Assembly: GCA_934167305.1 (NCBI GenBank)
Contig: CAKPKQ010000004.1
Coordinates: 3,255-67,254 of the forward strand
Length of the DNA stretch: 64,000 nucleotides
Direction of reading: 5' to 3'
Source of the DNA: an uncultured Clostridia bacterium
GTDB lineage: Bacteria; Bacillota; Clostridia; TANB77; CAG-508
Part shown: piece after piece, positions 1 to 11,909 of the stretch
Layout: every line of letters begins with the position of its first letter
Position numbering within the stretch: position 1 is the stretch's first letter
Program-made: the position numbers and the translations under genes
Notes under the pieces: generated by a model
Seen by the model: only the letters and a program-made list of their open reading frames with translations
Database searches by the model: none
What the model was told of the DNA's origin: nothing

Positions 1-1065
1 ATTATTGCAGTTTATAAATTGTTAGATAATTTTGGCCAAATTACAGAGTGGCTTGCTGGGCTTGCAAATATTTTGATGCCATTTATTATGGGATTGTTAA
101 TTGCTTATTTATTTTATATTCCTTGTAGAAAGGTTGAAAGCTGGTATAGAAGGTCAAAAAAATTGAAGCTTGTGCAAAGAAAAGCTAGAATTTTTTCTAT
201 TATTACTGTGTACATTATTGCAATTTTACTAATTATATTAGTGCTAAATTTTGTGGTCCCAGCAATATCAAAAAGCATTGGGGATTTTGTTTCAAACTTT
301 GGTGTTTATTATAATAATACAATGAATGCTATAAATGAGTTGCCAGAGGATTCGATTTTTAAAGATGAGACAGTTTTGAATGCAATAAAAGGCATTGGAG
401 AAGTTGATATTAAGCAATACTTAAATTTAGAAAAACTTGCTGAATATGCAAAGGGAGCTATAAATATAGTAAATAGTATTTTTGACATATTTGTTTCTTT
501 GATAGTGTCTGTTTATTTATTAGCTGAAAGAAGAAAAATTTTAGAGTTCTTTAGAAAAATAACAGCTGCGTTGTTTAAGAAAGATAAATATGAGCTTATT
601 GCAAGATATTTTAATAAGTCGAATGAAGTATTTTTCAGTTTTATTTCTGGCCAAGTTTTAGATGCAATAGTTGTAGGGGCTTTAACATCAATTGCAATGT
701 CTATAATTGGAGTTAAATATTCAATTTTATTAGGGTTTTTAATTGGATTGTTTAATTTGATTCCATATTTTGGAGCAATTATTGCAGTGACTGTTGCTAT
801 ACTTATTACTATTTTTACAGGTGGAGTTGGTCAAGCAATTGCAATGGCTATAGTTGTTATAGTATTACAACAGATTGATGCTAATATTATTAATCCTAAA
901 ATAATTGGAGATTCATTGTCAATAAGCCCACTTTTGGTAATTTTTGCAGTTACAGTTGGAGGTGCATATTTTGGAGTACTTGGAATGTTTTTAGCTGTTC
1001 CAGTATTTACAGTGATCAAATTATTAATTGAAGAATATATAGAATATAAAATCAGTACCAATTAA
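1..1065 (+). CDS. AI-2E family transporter (UPF0118/PerM-like permease), probably 5'-truncated by the window edge
   Basis: Frame 1 is open from nt 1, and the track start at 19 is a TTG. Multi-TM protein with NLIPYFGAIIA and FLAVPV segments typical of AI-2E permeases. Confidence 0.75.
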   Translation: MIAVYKLLDNFGQITEWLAGLANILMPFIMGLLIAYLFYIPCRKVESWYRRSKKLKLVQRKARIFSIITVYIIAILLIILVLNFVVPAISKSIGDFVSNFGVYYNNTMNAINELPEDSIFKDETVLNAIKGIGEVDIKQYLNLEKLAEYAKGAINIVNSIFDIFVSLIVSVYLLAERRKILEFFRKITAALFKKDKYELIARYFNKSNEVFFSFISGQVLDAIVVGALTSIAMSIIGVKYSILLGFLIGLFNLIPYFGAIIAVTVAILITIFTGGVGQAIAMAIVVIVLQQIDANIINPKIIGDSLSISPLLVIFAVTVGGAYFGVLGMFLAVPVFTVIKLLIEEYIEYKISTN

Positions 1066-1166
1066 GGTACTGATTTTTTCGTTAAGAATAACTTAATAAA
1101 TTAGATACTTTTTTCTTAATAAATTTGTGGTATAATTATTGTGAAATAAGTAAAGAGGGGAATTTT

Positions 1167-1874
1167 ATGTATAATATTTTAGTAGTGGATGATGACAAGG
1201 AAATTGTAAATGCAATAGATATTTATTTGAGTAAAGAGGGGTACAACATCTTAAAGGCTTATGATGGAATGGAAGCATTAAAAATAGTTGAAAAAAATGA
1301 TAATATTCATTTGATTTTACTTGATATAATGATGCCTAAACTTGATGGAATTAGTACAGCTAACTTGATTCGAAAGGATAAATCTATTCCAATAATAATG
1401 CTTTCAGCTAAATCAGAAGATTATGATAAAATTGCAGGTTTAAATAATGGTGCTGATGACTATATTACAAAACCATTTAATCCATTAGAATTAATTGCAA
1501 GAGTTAATTCACAAATTCGAAGATATACTCATTTGGGATCAATTGCTGATAAACAAAAAGAAGGAAATACATATTATTCTGGTGATTTATTAATAAATGA
1601 TGATATGAAACAAGTAACAGTTGAGGGAAAAGAAATAAAGCTAACACCAACAGAATATAACATCTTGAAGTTTTTAACCAAAAACAAAGGCATAGTGTAT
1701 TCGATTGAACAAATTTATAAAAATGTATGGGATGATGAGTGCTATGGTGCAGAAAATATTATAGCAGTGCATATTAGACATATTAGAGAAAAGATAGAAA
1801 TTAACCCTAAAGAACCTAAATATTTAAAAGTGATCTGGGGAATAGGGTATAAGATCGAAAATTTAGATAAGTAA
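1167..1874 (+). CDS. OmpR/PhoB-family two-component response regulator
   Basis: Receiver domain (ILVVDDD, LLDIMMPKLDG) plus winged-helix output domain (LTPTEYNILKFL, IWGIGYK). The ATG at 1167 follows an AAGAGGGG RBS, so the track start at 1125 is probably too far upstream. Confidence 0.9.
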   Translation: MYNILVVDDDKEIVNAIDIYLSKEGYNILKAYDGMEALKIVEKNDNIHLILLDIMMPKLDGISTANLIRKDKSIPIIMLSAKSEDYDKIAGLNNGADDYITKPFNPLELIARVNSQIRRYTHLGSIADKQKEGNTYYSGDLLINDDMKQVTVEGKEIKLTPTEYNILKFLTKNKGIVYSIEQIYKNVWDDECYGAENIIAVHIRHIREKIEINPKEPKYLKVIWGIGYKIENLDK

Positions 1875-1886
1875 GGAGATTAAAAG

Positions 1887-3437
1887 ATGAATGGTGCCAA
1901 AATTGCAAAAAATATATCTTATGTATTAGTGCCAATAGTTGCAGTCTTTTTGGTAGTAGCAACATTAGGAACGGCTATTATTGATGAAAACATTATTGTA
2001 ACAGAAAGTGACTATTATATAGTACAAGTTGCAAAAGGATTGTCAGATATAACAAAAAATATTACTCCCTTTTTTATACCAGTATCAGTTGTTATACTAA
2101 TTATTTTGGTAGTGGTTATAATAGATGGAATTGGAAAGGAAAAGCAGACAGATAATGTTAAGTTAAATTGGTTTGATACATGGAAAGCGGAGATCGTTTT
2201 TGCATTAGGATGTGGAATATTTGCAGGAGGATTTGCTATTGCAATTATAGGTTGGAATACATCTAATAATTCGATGAATATGTTATTATTAAGTTGTGGT
2301 TTGTCAATATTATATCTAGATACAATAGTATTGCTTGAAACTTTAGTTAAAAGAATTAAAGCCAAAATGTTATGGAAAACAACTTTGCTATATTCAATAT
2401 GCCAAGGAATAAAAAAGGCAATAGATAATCGCAAAATGATTACAAAATTGTTTATATATTATTGGGGATTTTGTATTATTGGTTTTTTTGTAACACTTTC
2501 AATACCTAATTCTTATGGCGGATCATTTTTCTACAAAGTAGTTATGCTAGCAACACTTGGAATAGGAACTTTTTATATACTATGTAAAAAGGCTGAAGAA
2601 TTTAAAAAAGTACAAACAGCCTTGGAAAAAATATATAATGGAGAAACGAATATTGAAATTAGTCCAAAAGAATTAACAGGAGCTTTAAAACAAATGGCTA
2701 CATATATTGATGACATTGCAGGTGGATTATCAAATGCAATTGCTCAAAACATGAAAAGTGAAAGACTTAAAACTGAGCTTATAACAAATGTGTCACATGA
2801 TATAAAAACACCTCTTACATCAATAATTAATTATGTGGATTTACTAAAAAAAGAAAAAATGCCAAATGAAAAAGCAACTGAATATTTGATGATACTAGAC
2901 AATAAATCTCAAAGACTAAAAAAATTAACTGAAGATTTAGTTGAAGCATCAAAAGCATCTTCTGGTAATATTAAGTTAAATATGGAAAAATTGAATGTCA
3001 AGGAGCTTGTAAAGCAGGTGTCTGGAGAGTTTGAAGATAAGTTTAAAGAAAGAGGATTAGAGGAAATTAATTCTTTTCCTGAGGATGATATATTTATAAA
3101 AGCAGATGGAAGATATATGTACAGAGTGTTGGAAAATATTTATTCAAATGTTGCGAAATATGCTTTGGAGAATACAAGAGTATACTTGGATGTGGTTAAA
3201 AATCAACATACTGTTGTAATACAAATGAAAAATATTTCTAAGCAAGAACTTAATATTTCGGCCGATGAATTAATGCAAAGATTTGTAAGGGGAGAAACTT
3301 CAAGAAATACGGAAGGAAGCGGATTAGGACTTTCAATTGCCTCTAGCTTAACAGAACTTCAGGGGGGACAATTTCATATTTACCTAGATGGAGATTTGTT
3401 TAAGGTAACAATAGGATTTGAAATGTTGAATGATTAA
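1887..3437 (+). CDS. Membrane sensor histidine kinase (HisKA + HATPase_c)
   Basis: Several N-terminal TM segments, H-box SHDIKTPLTSI and G-box GSGLGLSIA. It starts 13 nt after the response regulator, so this is an operon pair. Confidence 0.9.
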   Translation: MNGAKIAKNISYVLVPIVAVFLVVATLGTAIIDENIIVTESDYYIVQVAKGLSDITKNITPFFIPVSVVILIILVVVIIDGIGKEKQTDNVKLNWFDTWKAEIVFALGCGIFAGGFAIAIIGWNTSNNSMNMLLLSCGLSILYLDTIVLLETLVKRIKAKMLWKTTLLYSICQGIKKAIDNRKMITKLFIYYWGFCIIGFFVTLSIPNSYGGSFFYKVVMLATLGIGTFYILCKKAEEFKKVQTALEKIYNGETNIEISPKELTGALKQMATYIDDIAGGLSNAIAQNMKSERLKTELITNVSHDIKTPLTSIINYVDLLKKEKMPNEKATEYLMILDNKSQRLKKLTEDLVEASKASSGNIKLNMEKLNVKELVKQVSGEFEDKFKERGLEEINSFPEDDIFIKADGRYMYRVLENIYSNVAKYALENTRVYLDVVKNQHTVVIQMKNISKQELNISADELMQRFVRGETSRNTEGSGLGLSIASSLTELQGGQFHIYLDGDLFKVTIGFEMLND

Positions 3438-3439
3438 AA

Positions 3440-3476
3440 AATGGTGCCATTCCCAATGGCACCATTAACTTTTTTA
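3440..3476. terminator. Bidirectional rho-independent terminator between convergent genes
   Basis: Perfect 12-bp stem AATGGTGCCATT / AATGGCACCATT with a CCC loop, an A-run on the left and a T-run on the right. Confidence 0.8.
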
Positions 3477-3968
3477 GCCTACATGATTGAACAAATATTG
3501 AATGCCACCCTTGGTTATAGCCGTACCTGCTAAAACAATAATACCAGCAACAAGTACACCAGCTACAATTGGCGGAATAGCTTTTTTGGGTGGTAAATTT
3601 AAAAAGTTAGCAATTAAAGAACCAACCCATGCACCAGTTCCTGGCAAAGGAACTGCTACAAATAAAAATAAACCTAAAGCTGTATAATTTTGTAGTTTTT
3701 CACTTTCTTCAATTTTTCTTGTAGCTCTTTCAGTAGCCCAGTCAATTATGATTTTAAAAGGTTTCCATCTTCCAAAAAAATCAAACAAAGGTCTAATATA
3801 TTTAACAATAAAATATATAGGTACTATATTTCCAAGAAAGCTACAAATAAAAGCTTCGAAGTAGGTAAGGTGATACCTAAAAACTCCTATTGGAATAGCA
3901 CCTCTTAACTCTAAAATAGGCACCATACCTACAAAAAAAGTAATTAAATATTTTAAAATTATAGACAT
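3474..3968 (-). CDS. Small multidrug export protein family (Sm_multidrug_ex / COG2426) membrane protein
   Basis: MVPILELRGAIPIG and GLFLFVAVPLPGTGAWVG signatures of this family; four TM segments. Confidence 0.75.
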   Translation of the reverse strand: MSIILKYLITFFVGMVPILELRGAIPIGVFRYHLTYFEAFICSFLGNIVPIYFIVKYIRPLFDFFGRWKPFKIIIDWATERATRKIEESEKLQNYTALGLFLFVAVPLPGTGAWVGSLIANFLNLPPKKAIPPIVAGVLVAGIIVLAGTAITKGGIQYLFNHVG

Positions 3969-4090
3969 ATAATTAACCTCATTTCTATTAGCAATGTAAG
4001 TATTTTACTATATTAAATTTTGTTTGTCTATATTGCAATACAAAAATTAAGAAATGATATAAATAAATAGGAAAAAATTGTTAAAAAACA

Positions 4091-4119
4091 TTGACAGCAA
4101 GTACACTAGGTGTTATACT
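4091..4119 (+). promoter_or_regulatory. Sigma-A-type promoter candidate upstream of rpoB (about 300-nt leader)
   Basis: TTGACA (4091-4096), 17-nt spacer, TATACT (4114-4119). Confidence 0.45.
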
Positions 4120-4424
4120 AAAGTAGATATGTTTTGATTAAATGTATTAATCTCCGTTTAAGGTGGATGGAATGGTTAATATTAGAATAAATTTTATCAA
4201 ATAAACAGCAAATAAAACAGTTGACAAAAATGTCAACCGTATTTTTGTTGCCTTTTTAGAACGATTTATGTTAATTTAATAAAAAGAGGAATTGTTATAT
4301 AATTGCTTACGGAAAGGGTATTTGGAGAGCAGAAAATATGCTAATCTGTAAACCAATTATAGAAACAAGAAGGACTTTTTATTAAAATCATATATTTTAT
4401 CTTCTGCTTAATTTTTTTTAGGGA

Positions 4425-7400
4425 GTGATTTTTTTGTTAAAAGAAATTAAACACGAGAAATGTACTCGTAAAACTTTTGCAAAAATCGGCGATTCAATCG
4501 AAATGCCAAACTTGATTCAAGTTCAAAAAGACTCATACAATTGGTTTATAGAAGAAGGCTTAGGAGAAGTTCTTAGAGATGTATCTCCAATAGTTGATTA
4601 TTCAGGAAACCTAGTACTTGAATTCTTAGACTACTACATGGAAGAAAAAACTAAATACACATTAGAAGAAGCCAAAGAACGTGATGCAACTTATTCTACA
4701 AGATTACATGTAAAAGTAAGACTTATCAATCGTGAAACAGGTGAAATTAAAGAACAAGAGATTTATCTTGGTGATTTCCCACTTATGACAGATAGTGGTA
4801 CTTTTGTAATCAATGGTGCAGAAAGAGTTGTAGTAAGCCAATTAGTTCGTTCACCAGGTTGCTACTATGCACAAGATTTTGATAGTAAAACAGGAAGAAG
4901 AATTTATACATCTACTGTTATGCCTATTCGTGGTGCATGGATAGAATATGAGACTGACGGAAACGATGTGTTTTGGGCTAGAGTTGATAGAACAAGAAAA
5001 ATACCAGTTACAACACTTTTAAGAGCATTAGGAATTGTAACAGATGAACAAATTACAGAATTATTTGGGGAAGAAAACAAAATAAAAGAAACTTTAGCAA
5101 AAGACCCAATTAAAACTCAAGAAGAAGCCTTGGTTGAAATATATAAAAAATTAAGACCAGGAGAGTTACCAACAGCAGATGCTGCTAGAAATTTATTTAA
5201 TGGATTATTCTTTGATGATAGAAGATATGATCTAGCAAAAGTTGGTAGATATAAATTCAATAAAAAATTAAGTTTAGCATCAAGAATTGAAGGAAGAATT
5301 GCTTATAATGATATTATTGATCCAGAAACAGGAGAAGTATTAGCAGAAAAGGATAGCAGTATTTCTGAAGATACAGCAATTGCAATTCAAAATAGTGGAA
5401 TTAATGTTGTTGATGTTAAAGTTGATGATAAACCTGTAAGAATTATCGGTAATGGAACAGTAAATATCCACAGTATATTACCAAATGTGGATTTAAGTGA
5501 CCTACATATTAAAGAAATGGTAAATTATATTGTTCTAAAATCAATAATAGATACTACTGATGAAAAAGATTTACACGATGTAATTAAAGAAAGATTAGAT
5601 GAATTAATTCCAAAACATGTTACAAATGAAGATATTATTTCTTCAATTAGTTATTTATTAAACTTAGAACATGGACTAGGAAATGTTGATGATATTGACC
5701 ACTTAGGAAATCGTCGTATTCGTTGCGTTGGTGAATTACTACAAAACCAATTTAGAATTGGTTTAACAAGACTAGAAAGAGTTGTTCGTGAAAGAATGAC
5801 AATTCAAGACCTAGATATAGTTACACCACAATCATTAATAAATACAAAACCAATAACATCTTCTATTAGAGAATTCTTTGGAAGTTCACAATTATCACAA
5901 TTCATGGATCAAACAAACCCACTTTCAGAATTAACTCATAAAAGAAGAATTTCTGCATTAGGACCTGGTGGTTTATCACGTGAAAGAGCTGGATTCGAGG
6001 TTCGTGATATTCACTATACACACTATGGTAGATTATGTCCAGTAGAATCTCCAGAAGGACCAAACATTGGACTTATATCAGCACTTTCATCATTTGCAAT
6101 TATAAATGAATATGGATTTATTGAAACACCATATAGAAAAGTAGATCATGAAACTGGAGTAGTAACTGATGAAGTTATATATATGCCAGCTGATGAAGAA
6201 GACAAATACATAGTTGCTCAAGCATCAGAACCTCTTGATAAAGAAGGAAAATTTGTTAATGATAGAATTCGTGTACGTCATAGAGCAGACATTACAATGG
6301 TTGATAAAGACCAAGTTGATTATGTTGAAGTATCGCCAAAACAATTAGTATCAGTTGCTGCAGCAATGATCCCATTCTTAGAGCATGATGACGTAAAACG
6401 TTCTCTAATGGGTGCAAACATGCAACGTCAAGCAGTTCCACTACTTACAACAGAATCACCAATAGTAGGAACAGGAATGGAATATAGAGCAGCTAGAGAT
6501 TCTGGAATTACAGTAATGGCTAAAAATGACGGTATAGTTGAAAGAGTAACTGGTGAAGAAATTCAAATTAGAAATAAAAAAGATGAATTAGATGTTTACC
6601 ACTTAAGAAAATTCAAAAGAACAAATGGTGGTACATGTATAAATCAAAGACCAGTTGTAAGTGTTGGAGAAAGAGTTAAAGCAGGAGACCTAATTGCTGA
6701 TGGACCTGGAACAAAAGATGGAGAAATGGCACTTGGTAAAAACGTTTTAATAGCTTTCACAACTTGGGAAGGTTACAACTATGAGGATGCTGTTTTAATT
6801 AATGAAAGATTAGTAAAAGAGGATGTTTATACATCTATACATATAGAAGAATATGATTGTGAATGTAGAGATACAAAATTAGGACCAGAAGAAATTACAA
6901 GAGATATTCCAAATGTTGGAGATGATAGCTTAAAAGACCTAGATGAAAACGGAATTATTCGTATAGGTGCAGAAGTTAGACCAGGAGATATATTAGTTGG
7001 TAAAGTAACTCCAAAAGGAGAAACAGAACTAACAGCAGAAGAAAGATTACTTCGTGCAATATTTGGTGAAAAAGCTAGAGAAGTTAGAGACAATTCACTT
7101 CGTGTTCCACACGGTGAAGCTGGTACAATTGTAGATGTTAAAATATTTACAAGAGATAATTCAGATGAATTAGGACCAGGAGTAAATCAAGTAATTCGTT
7201 GCTATATAGCAACAAAAAGAAAAATATCTGTTGGTGATAAGATGGCTGGACGTCATGGTAACAAGGGTGTTATTTCACGTATATTACCAGAAGAAGATAT
7301 GCCATTCTTACCAGATGGTACTCCAGTAGATATAGTATTAAACCCACTTGGTGTTCCTTCTCGTATGAATTTAGGCCAAGTTCTAGAAGTACACTTGGGT

Positions 7401-8147
7401 ATGGCTGCTAAAGCTCTAGGAATCAAAGTAGCAACACCAGTATTTGATAGTGCTACAAACGAAGAAATTAGAGACTTATTTAAACAAGCAGGACTAAGAG
7501 AAGATGGAAAAACAGTAGTATATGATGGTAGAACAGGTGAGCCATTTGATCATCCAATTACAGTTGGTGTTATGTATATGTTAAAACTACATCACTTAGT
7601 AGATGATAAAATACATGCTCGTTCAACTGGACCTTACTCATTAGTAACACAACAACCTCTTGGTGGTAAAGCACAATTTGGTGGACAAAGATTTGGAGAA
7701 ATGGAAGTTTGGGCATTAGAAGCTTATGGCGCTGCATATACACTTCAAGAAATGTTAACAGTTAAATCTGATGATATTGTAGGAAGAGTAAAAACTTATG
7801 AGGCAATTGTTAAAGGCGAAAATGTTCCTGAACCAGGAGTTCCAGAAGGATTTAAAGTATTAGTAAAAGAACTTCAATCTTTAGGATTAGATATTAAACT
7901 TCTTTCAGAAGATAACAGAGAACTAGAATTAAAAGAAAATATTGATGAAGGCATTGATTTTAATAGCATTAAAGATGATCCTAAAATGGAAGAAGAACTT
8001 GCAGTAGTTGATGAAGATGAACTAGCTGATGGATATTCAGAAGATAGTGATATGCTTTTAGACGAAGAAGAAAACATCGATGATGAAGACTTATTACTAG
8101 ATGATGAAGATTTATTAGATACTGACGATTTTGATGATGAAGAATAA
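4425..8147 (+). CDS. rpoB: DNA-directed RNA polymerase subunit beta
   Basis: Conserved beta blocks ([73 protein letters not shown]). The start is ambiguous: GTG at 4425 overlaps the GGGAG RBS, and TTG at 4434 is better spaced. Long acidic C-terminal tail. Confidence 0.97.
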   Translation: MIFLLKEIKHEKCTRKTFAKIGDSIEMPNLIQVQKDSYNWFIEEGLGEVLRDVSPIVDYSGNLVLEFLDYYMEEKTKYTLEEAKERDATYSTRLHVKVRLINRETGEIKEQEIYLGDFPLMTDSGTFVINGAERVVVSQLVRSPGCYYAQDFDSKTGRRIYTSTVMPIRGAWIEYETDGNDVFWARVDRTRKIPVTTLLRALGIVTDEQITELFGEENKIKETLAKDPIKTQEEALVEIYKKLRPGELPTADAARNLFNGLFFDDRRYDLAKVGRYKFNKKLSLASRIEGRIAYNDIIDPETGEVLAEKDSSISEDTAIAIQNSGINVVDVKVDDKPVRIIGNGTVNIHSILPNVDLSDLHIKEMVNYIVLKSIIDTTDEKDLHDVIKERLDELIPKHVTNEDIISSISYLLNLEHGLGNVDDIDHLGNRRIRCVGELLQNQFRIGLTRLERVVRERMTIQDLDIVTPQSLINTKPITSSIREFFGSSQLSQFMDQTNPLSELTHKRRISALGPGGLSRERAGFEVRDIHYTHYGRLCPVESPEGPNIGLISALSSFAIINEYGFIETPYRKVDHETGVVTDEVIYMPADEEDKYIVAQASEPLDKEGKFVNDRIRVRHRADITMVDKDQVDYVEVSPKQLVSVAAAMIPFLEHDDVKRSLMGANMQRQAVPLLTTESPIVGTGMEYRAARDSGITVMAKNDGIVERVTGEEIQIRNKKDELDVYHLRKFKRTNGGTCINQRPVVSVGERVKAGDLIADGPGTKDGEMALGKNVLIAFTTWEGYNYEDAVLINERLVKEDVYTSIHIEEYDCECRDTKLGPEEITRDIPNVGDDSLKDLDENGIIRIGAEVRPGDILVGKVTPKGETELTAEERLLRAIFGEKAREVRDNSLRVPHGEAGTIVDVKIFTRDNSDELGPGVNQVIRCYIATKRKISVGDKMAGRHGNKGVISRILPEEDMPFLPDGTPVDIVLNPLGVPSRMNLGQVLEVHLGMAAKALGIKVATPVFDSATNEEIRDLFKQAGLREDGKTVVYDGRTGEPFDHPITVGVMYMLKLHHLVDDKIHARSTGPYSLVTQQPLGGKAQFGGQRFGEMEVWALEAYGAAYTLQEMLTVKSDDIVGRVKTYEAIVKGENVPEPGVPEGFKVLVKELQSLGLDIKLLSEDNRELELKENIDEGIDFNSIKDDPKMEEELAVVDEDELADGYSEDSDMLLDEEENIDDEDLLLDDEDLLDTDDFDDEE

Positions 8148-8331
8148 AAAATATATATTTATTGTTAGAAATTATATATAAATTATTTGTATATAATTTC
8201 TACTCTAAATAATTTAAAATTTAATAGCCTTTCAGAAAGTTTAAATTAGTTTAGCAATATAAAATTGTTCAGCAGTGTAAACAATTTAAATGAATATGAA
8301 AAAAAGAAAAATATTTAGGGGGCTAAATAAA

Positions 8332-11300
8332 GTGGATGAATTAGAAATTTTTAACAAACTTAAAATTGGAATAGCATCAGATGAAAAAATTAGAGAATGG
8401 TCAAAAGGTGAAGTAAAAAAACCAGAGACTATTAATTATAGAACACTTAAACCAGAAAAAGATGGTCTATTTTGTGAGAGAATATTTGGACCAACAAAAG
8501 ACTGGGAATGTCATTGTGGTAAATATAAAAGAGTAAGATATAAAGGAATTGTATGTGACAGATGTGGTGTTGAAGTAACAAAATCTAAAGTTAGACGTGA
8601 AAGAATGGGACACATTGAGCTTGCTGCACCAGTTGCACATATATGGTACTTTAAAGGAATTCCAAGCAGAATTGGATTAATGCTTGATGTTTCTCCAAGA
8701 AGCTTAGAAAAAGTTATATATTTTGCATCATATATTGTAATTGATAAAGGAACTACAGATTTAACAGTAGCTCAAGTTTTATCAGAAAAAGAATATCGTG
8801 AAGCAGAAGAAAAATATGGCGCAGGTTCTTTTACAGCTAGAATGGGAGCAGAAGCAATACAAGAATTATTAGCAAAAGTTGATGTTGAGAAACTAGCTGA
8901 AAAACTTAAGAAAGAACTTGAAAAAGCAAGTGAACAAAAAAAGGCAAAATTAGTTAAAAGACTAGATACAGTTGAAGCATTTAGACTATCAGGAAATAAA
9001 CCTGAATGGATGATAATGAATGTAATTCCAGTTATTCCACCAGACTTAAGACCAATGGTACAATTAGATGGTGGTAGATTTGCTACATCAGATTTAAACG
9101 ATTTATACCGTAGAGTTATAAACAGAAATAATCGTTTAAAAAGATTATTAGAATTAGGTGCACCAGAAATTATTGTACGTAATGAAAAAAGAATGCTACA
9201 AGAAGCTGTTGATGCTTTAATTGATAACAGCAGACGTGGAAGACCAGTTACAGGTGCTGGTGGTAGAGCATTAAAATCTCTATCAGACTTATTAAAAGGA
9301 AAACAAGGTAGATTCCGTCAAAACTTATTAGGAAAACGTGTTGATTATTCAGGTCGTTCAGTTATAGTTGTTGGACCAGAACTTAAAATATATCAATGTG
9401 GTGTTCCAAAAGAAATGGCAGTTGAATTATTCAAACCATTTGTTATGAAAGAATTAGTTGGACGTGGAATTGCACATAATATTAAAAATGCTAAAAGAAT
9501 GGTTGAAAGATTAAGACCAGAAGTATGGGATATACTAGAGGATGTTATAAAAGACCACCCAGTATTATTAAACCGTGCTCCTACATTACATAGACTTGGT
9601 ATTCAAGCATTTGAACCAGTTTTAGTAGAAGGTAGAGCTATAAAATTGCACCCATTAGTATGTACAGCTTTCAATGCTGACTTCGACGGTGACCAAATGG
9701 CTATTCACTTACCATTATCACCAGAAGCACAAGCAGAAGCAAGATACTTAATGCTTTCTGTAAATAACCTATTAAAACCACAAGATGGTAAGCCAGTAAC
9801 AGTACCTACACAAGATATGATCTTAGGTGCTTACTACTTAACAATGGATGTTCTTGGTGAAGAAGGAGAAGGAAACTATTTCTCATCACCAGAAGAAGCT
9901 AAAATAGCATATTTTAACCATGACTTAGGTTTACATGCTAAAATATATGTAAGAATTCAAAAAGAAATAGATGGTAAATTAGAGACAAGAAAAGTTCAAA
10001 CAACAGTTGGTAGATTAATTTACAATGAGGGAATTCCACAAAATTTAGGATTTGTTGATAGAACAAAACCAGAAAACTTATTTGAACCAGAACTTAACTT
10101 TGCAGTATCTAAGAAAAACTTAGGAAAAATTATTGCAAAATCAATAAATGTAAATGGTTTAAGTGCAACAGCAGAACTACTAGACTATATTAAAGCAACA
10201 GGTTTCAAACATTCTACAACAGCTGGTATTACAGTTTCTGTTGATGATGTTAAAGTACCAGAAGCTAAAAAGAAAATTCTAGCTGATGCAAATGAACAAG
10301 TAAATAACGTATTAAAACAATATAAACGTGGTTTAATAACAGAGGATGAAAGATATAACTCAGTTATTAAGATTTGGGAAAAAGCAACAGATGAAGTTAC
10401 AGAGGCAATGAAAAGTAACTTTGATGATATGAACCCAGTATATATGATGAGTCAATCTGGAGCCAGAGGTAACATAAACCAATTAAGACAAATTGCTGGT
10501 ATGCGTGGTCTTATGGCTAGTACAACTGGTAAAACAGTAGAAATTCCTATTACATCTTCATTCCGTGAGGGTCTAGATGCACTAGAATACTTTATTTCTT
10601 CACACGGTGCTAGAAAAGGTTTAGCAGATACAGCTTTAAGAACAGCTGACTCTGGTTACTTAACAAGAAGACTTGTTGATGTTTCTCAAGACATTATAGT
10701 TCGTGAAGATGATTGCGGAACACATGAAGGTCTTACAGTATTTGATATTAAAGATGGAAACCAAATTGTTGAAAAAATGGATGAAAGACTAGTTGGCAGA
10801 TACCCATTAGAAGATATAATTAATCCTGAAACAAAAGAATTAATTGTTGATACAAATACAATGATTACAGATAAAATTGCTGAGAAAATTGTTACAGCAG
10901 GAATTGAAACAGTAAAAGTTCGTTCAGTATTAGGATGCCGTACAAAACATGGTGTTTGCCGTAAATGTTATGGTATGGGATTAGCAACTCGTGATGAAGT
11001 TAATATTGGTGAATCTGTTGGTATTATTGCAGCTCAATCAATTGGTGAGCCTGGTACACAGCTTACAATGAGAACTATTCACTCTGGTGGTGTTGCTGGT
11101 GTTGCCGATATTACTCAAGGTCTTCCTAGAGTTGAGGAGCTATTTGAAGCTCGTAAACCAAAGGGATTAGCAGTAATGACAGAAATAGATGGTAAAGTTA
11201 AAATTGTTGAAGATAAAAAGAAGAAAGAGATTGTTATTACATCTAAAGATGATTCAAAAACTTATGCAATACCATTTAGATCTAAATTACGTGTAAAAGA

Positions 11301-11865
11301 CGGAGATGAAGTAAAAGCAGGAGATCCATTAATAGAAGGTGCTTTAAACCCAGCTGAAATATTAGCAATTAAAGGGCCTGAAGGTGTATATGAATACTTA
11401 ATTCAAGAAGTTCAAAAAGTTTACCGTAACCAAGGTGTTGATATCAATGATAAACACATTGAAGTAATTGGTAGACAAATGCTTAAGAAGGTAAGAGTAG
11501 AAGATAATGGAGACACAGACATGTTTGCTGGATCATTAGTTGATATACATGAATTTGAGGACAAAAATGCATTAGTTGAAGCAGAAGGAAAACGTCCTGC
11601 AACAGGAAAACGTATATTACTAGGAATTACAAAAGCATCTTTAGCAACAGAAAGCTTCTTATCAGCTGCTTCATTCCAAGAAACAACAAGAGTATTAACA
11701 GAAGCTGCTGTTAAAGGTAAAGTTGATGACTTAATTGGATTAAAAGAAAACGTTATTATTGGTAAATTAATACCTGCAGGAACAGGCTTACCTGTTTATA
11801 AAAATACACACATTAATACAGAACAAAACGAAGAAGTTGAAGAAGAATCAACAAAGGTTGAATAA
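8332..11865 (+). CDS. rpoC: DNA-directed RNA polymerase subunit beta'
   Basis: Zn-finger [20 protein letters not shown] and catalytic [13 protein letters not shown] at 8332 follows a TAGGGGG RBS and gives a canonical N-terminus ([27 protein letters not shown]). The track ATG at 8290 is probably too early. Confidence 0.97.
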   Translation: MDELEIFNKLKIGIASDEKIREWSKGEVKKPETINYRTLKPEKDGLFCERIFGPTKDWECHCGKYKRVRYKGIVCDRCGVEVTKSKVRRERMGHIELAAPVAHIWYFKGIPSRIGLMLDVSPRSLEKVIYFASYIVIDKGTTDLTVAQVLSEKEYREAEEKYGAGSFTARMGAEAIQELLAKVDVEKLAEKLKKELEKASEQKKAKLVKRLDTVEAFRLSGNKPEWMIMNVIPVIPPDLRPMVQLDGGRFATSDLNDLYRRVINRNNRLKRLLELGAPEIIVRNEKRMLQEAVDALIDNSRRGRPVTGAGGRALKSLSDLLKGKQGRFRQNLLGKRVDYSGRSVIVVGPELKIYQCGVPKEMAVELFKPFVMKELVGRGIAHNIKNAKRMVERLRPEVWDILEDVIKDHPVLLNRAPTLHRLGIQAFEPVLVEGRAIKLHPLVCTAFNADFDGDQMAIHLPLSPEAQAEARYLMLSVNNLLKPQDGKPVTVPTQDMILGAYYLTMDVLGEEGEGNYFSSPEEAKIAYFNHDLGLHAKIYVRIQKEIDGKLETRKVQTTVGRLIYNEGIPQNLGFVDRTKPENLFEPELNFAVSKKNLGKIIAKSINVNGLSATAELLDYIKATGFKHSTTAGITVSVDDVKVPEAKKKILADANEQVNNVLKQYKRGLITEDERYNSVIKIWEKATDEVTEAMKSNFDDMNPVYMMSQSGARGNINQLRQIAGMRGLMASTTGKTVEIPITSSFREGLDALEYFISSHGARKGLADTALRTADSGYLTRRLVDVSQDIIVREDDCGTHEGLTVFDIKDGNQIVEKMDERLVGRYPLEDIINPETKELIVDTNTMITDKIAEKIVTAGIETVKVRSVLGCRTKHGVCRKCYGMGLATRDEVNIGESVGIIAAQSIGEPGTQLTMRTIHSGGVAGVADITQGLPRVEELFEARKPKGLAVMTEIDGKVKIVEDKKKKEIVITSKDDSKTYAIPFRSKLRVKDGDEVKAGDPLIEGALNPAEILAIKGPEGVYEYLIQEVQKVYRNQGVDINDKHIEVIGRQMLKKVRVEDNGDTDMFAGSLVDIHEFEDKNALVEAEGKRPATGKRILLGITKASLATESFLSAASFQETTRVLTEAAVKGKVDDLIGLKENVIIGKLIPAGTGLPVYKNTHINTEQNEEVEEESTKVE

Positions 11866-11871
11866 AACTAA

Positions 11872-11906
11872 AAAACAAACCGTCAGTAATGACGGTTTGT
11901 TTTTTG
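11872..11906 (+). terminator. rho-independent terminator of rpoC
   Basis: AAACAAACCGTC / GACGGTTTGTTT stem with an AGTAAT loop and a following T-run. Confidence 0.85.
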
Positions 11907-11909
11907 CTG

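Noticed and set aside
4338-4385. 15-codon upstream ORF (MLICKPIIETRRTFY) with a GGAGAG RBS in the rpoB leader
   Set aside because: It is too short to distinguish from chance. There is no attenuation-type alternative pairing that I could trace around it.
8290-8331. Upstream ATG starts given by the ORF track for rpoC (8290), the response regulator (1125), tilS (18030), pilB (60117), the small Zn-ribbon gene (28045) and the kinase-like gene (48102)
   Set aside because: In each case an internal start codon with a properly spaced Shine-Dalgarno sequence gives the canonical N-terminus. The longer versions lack an RBS or overlap structured or intergenic elements.
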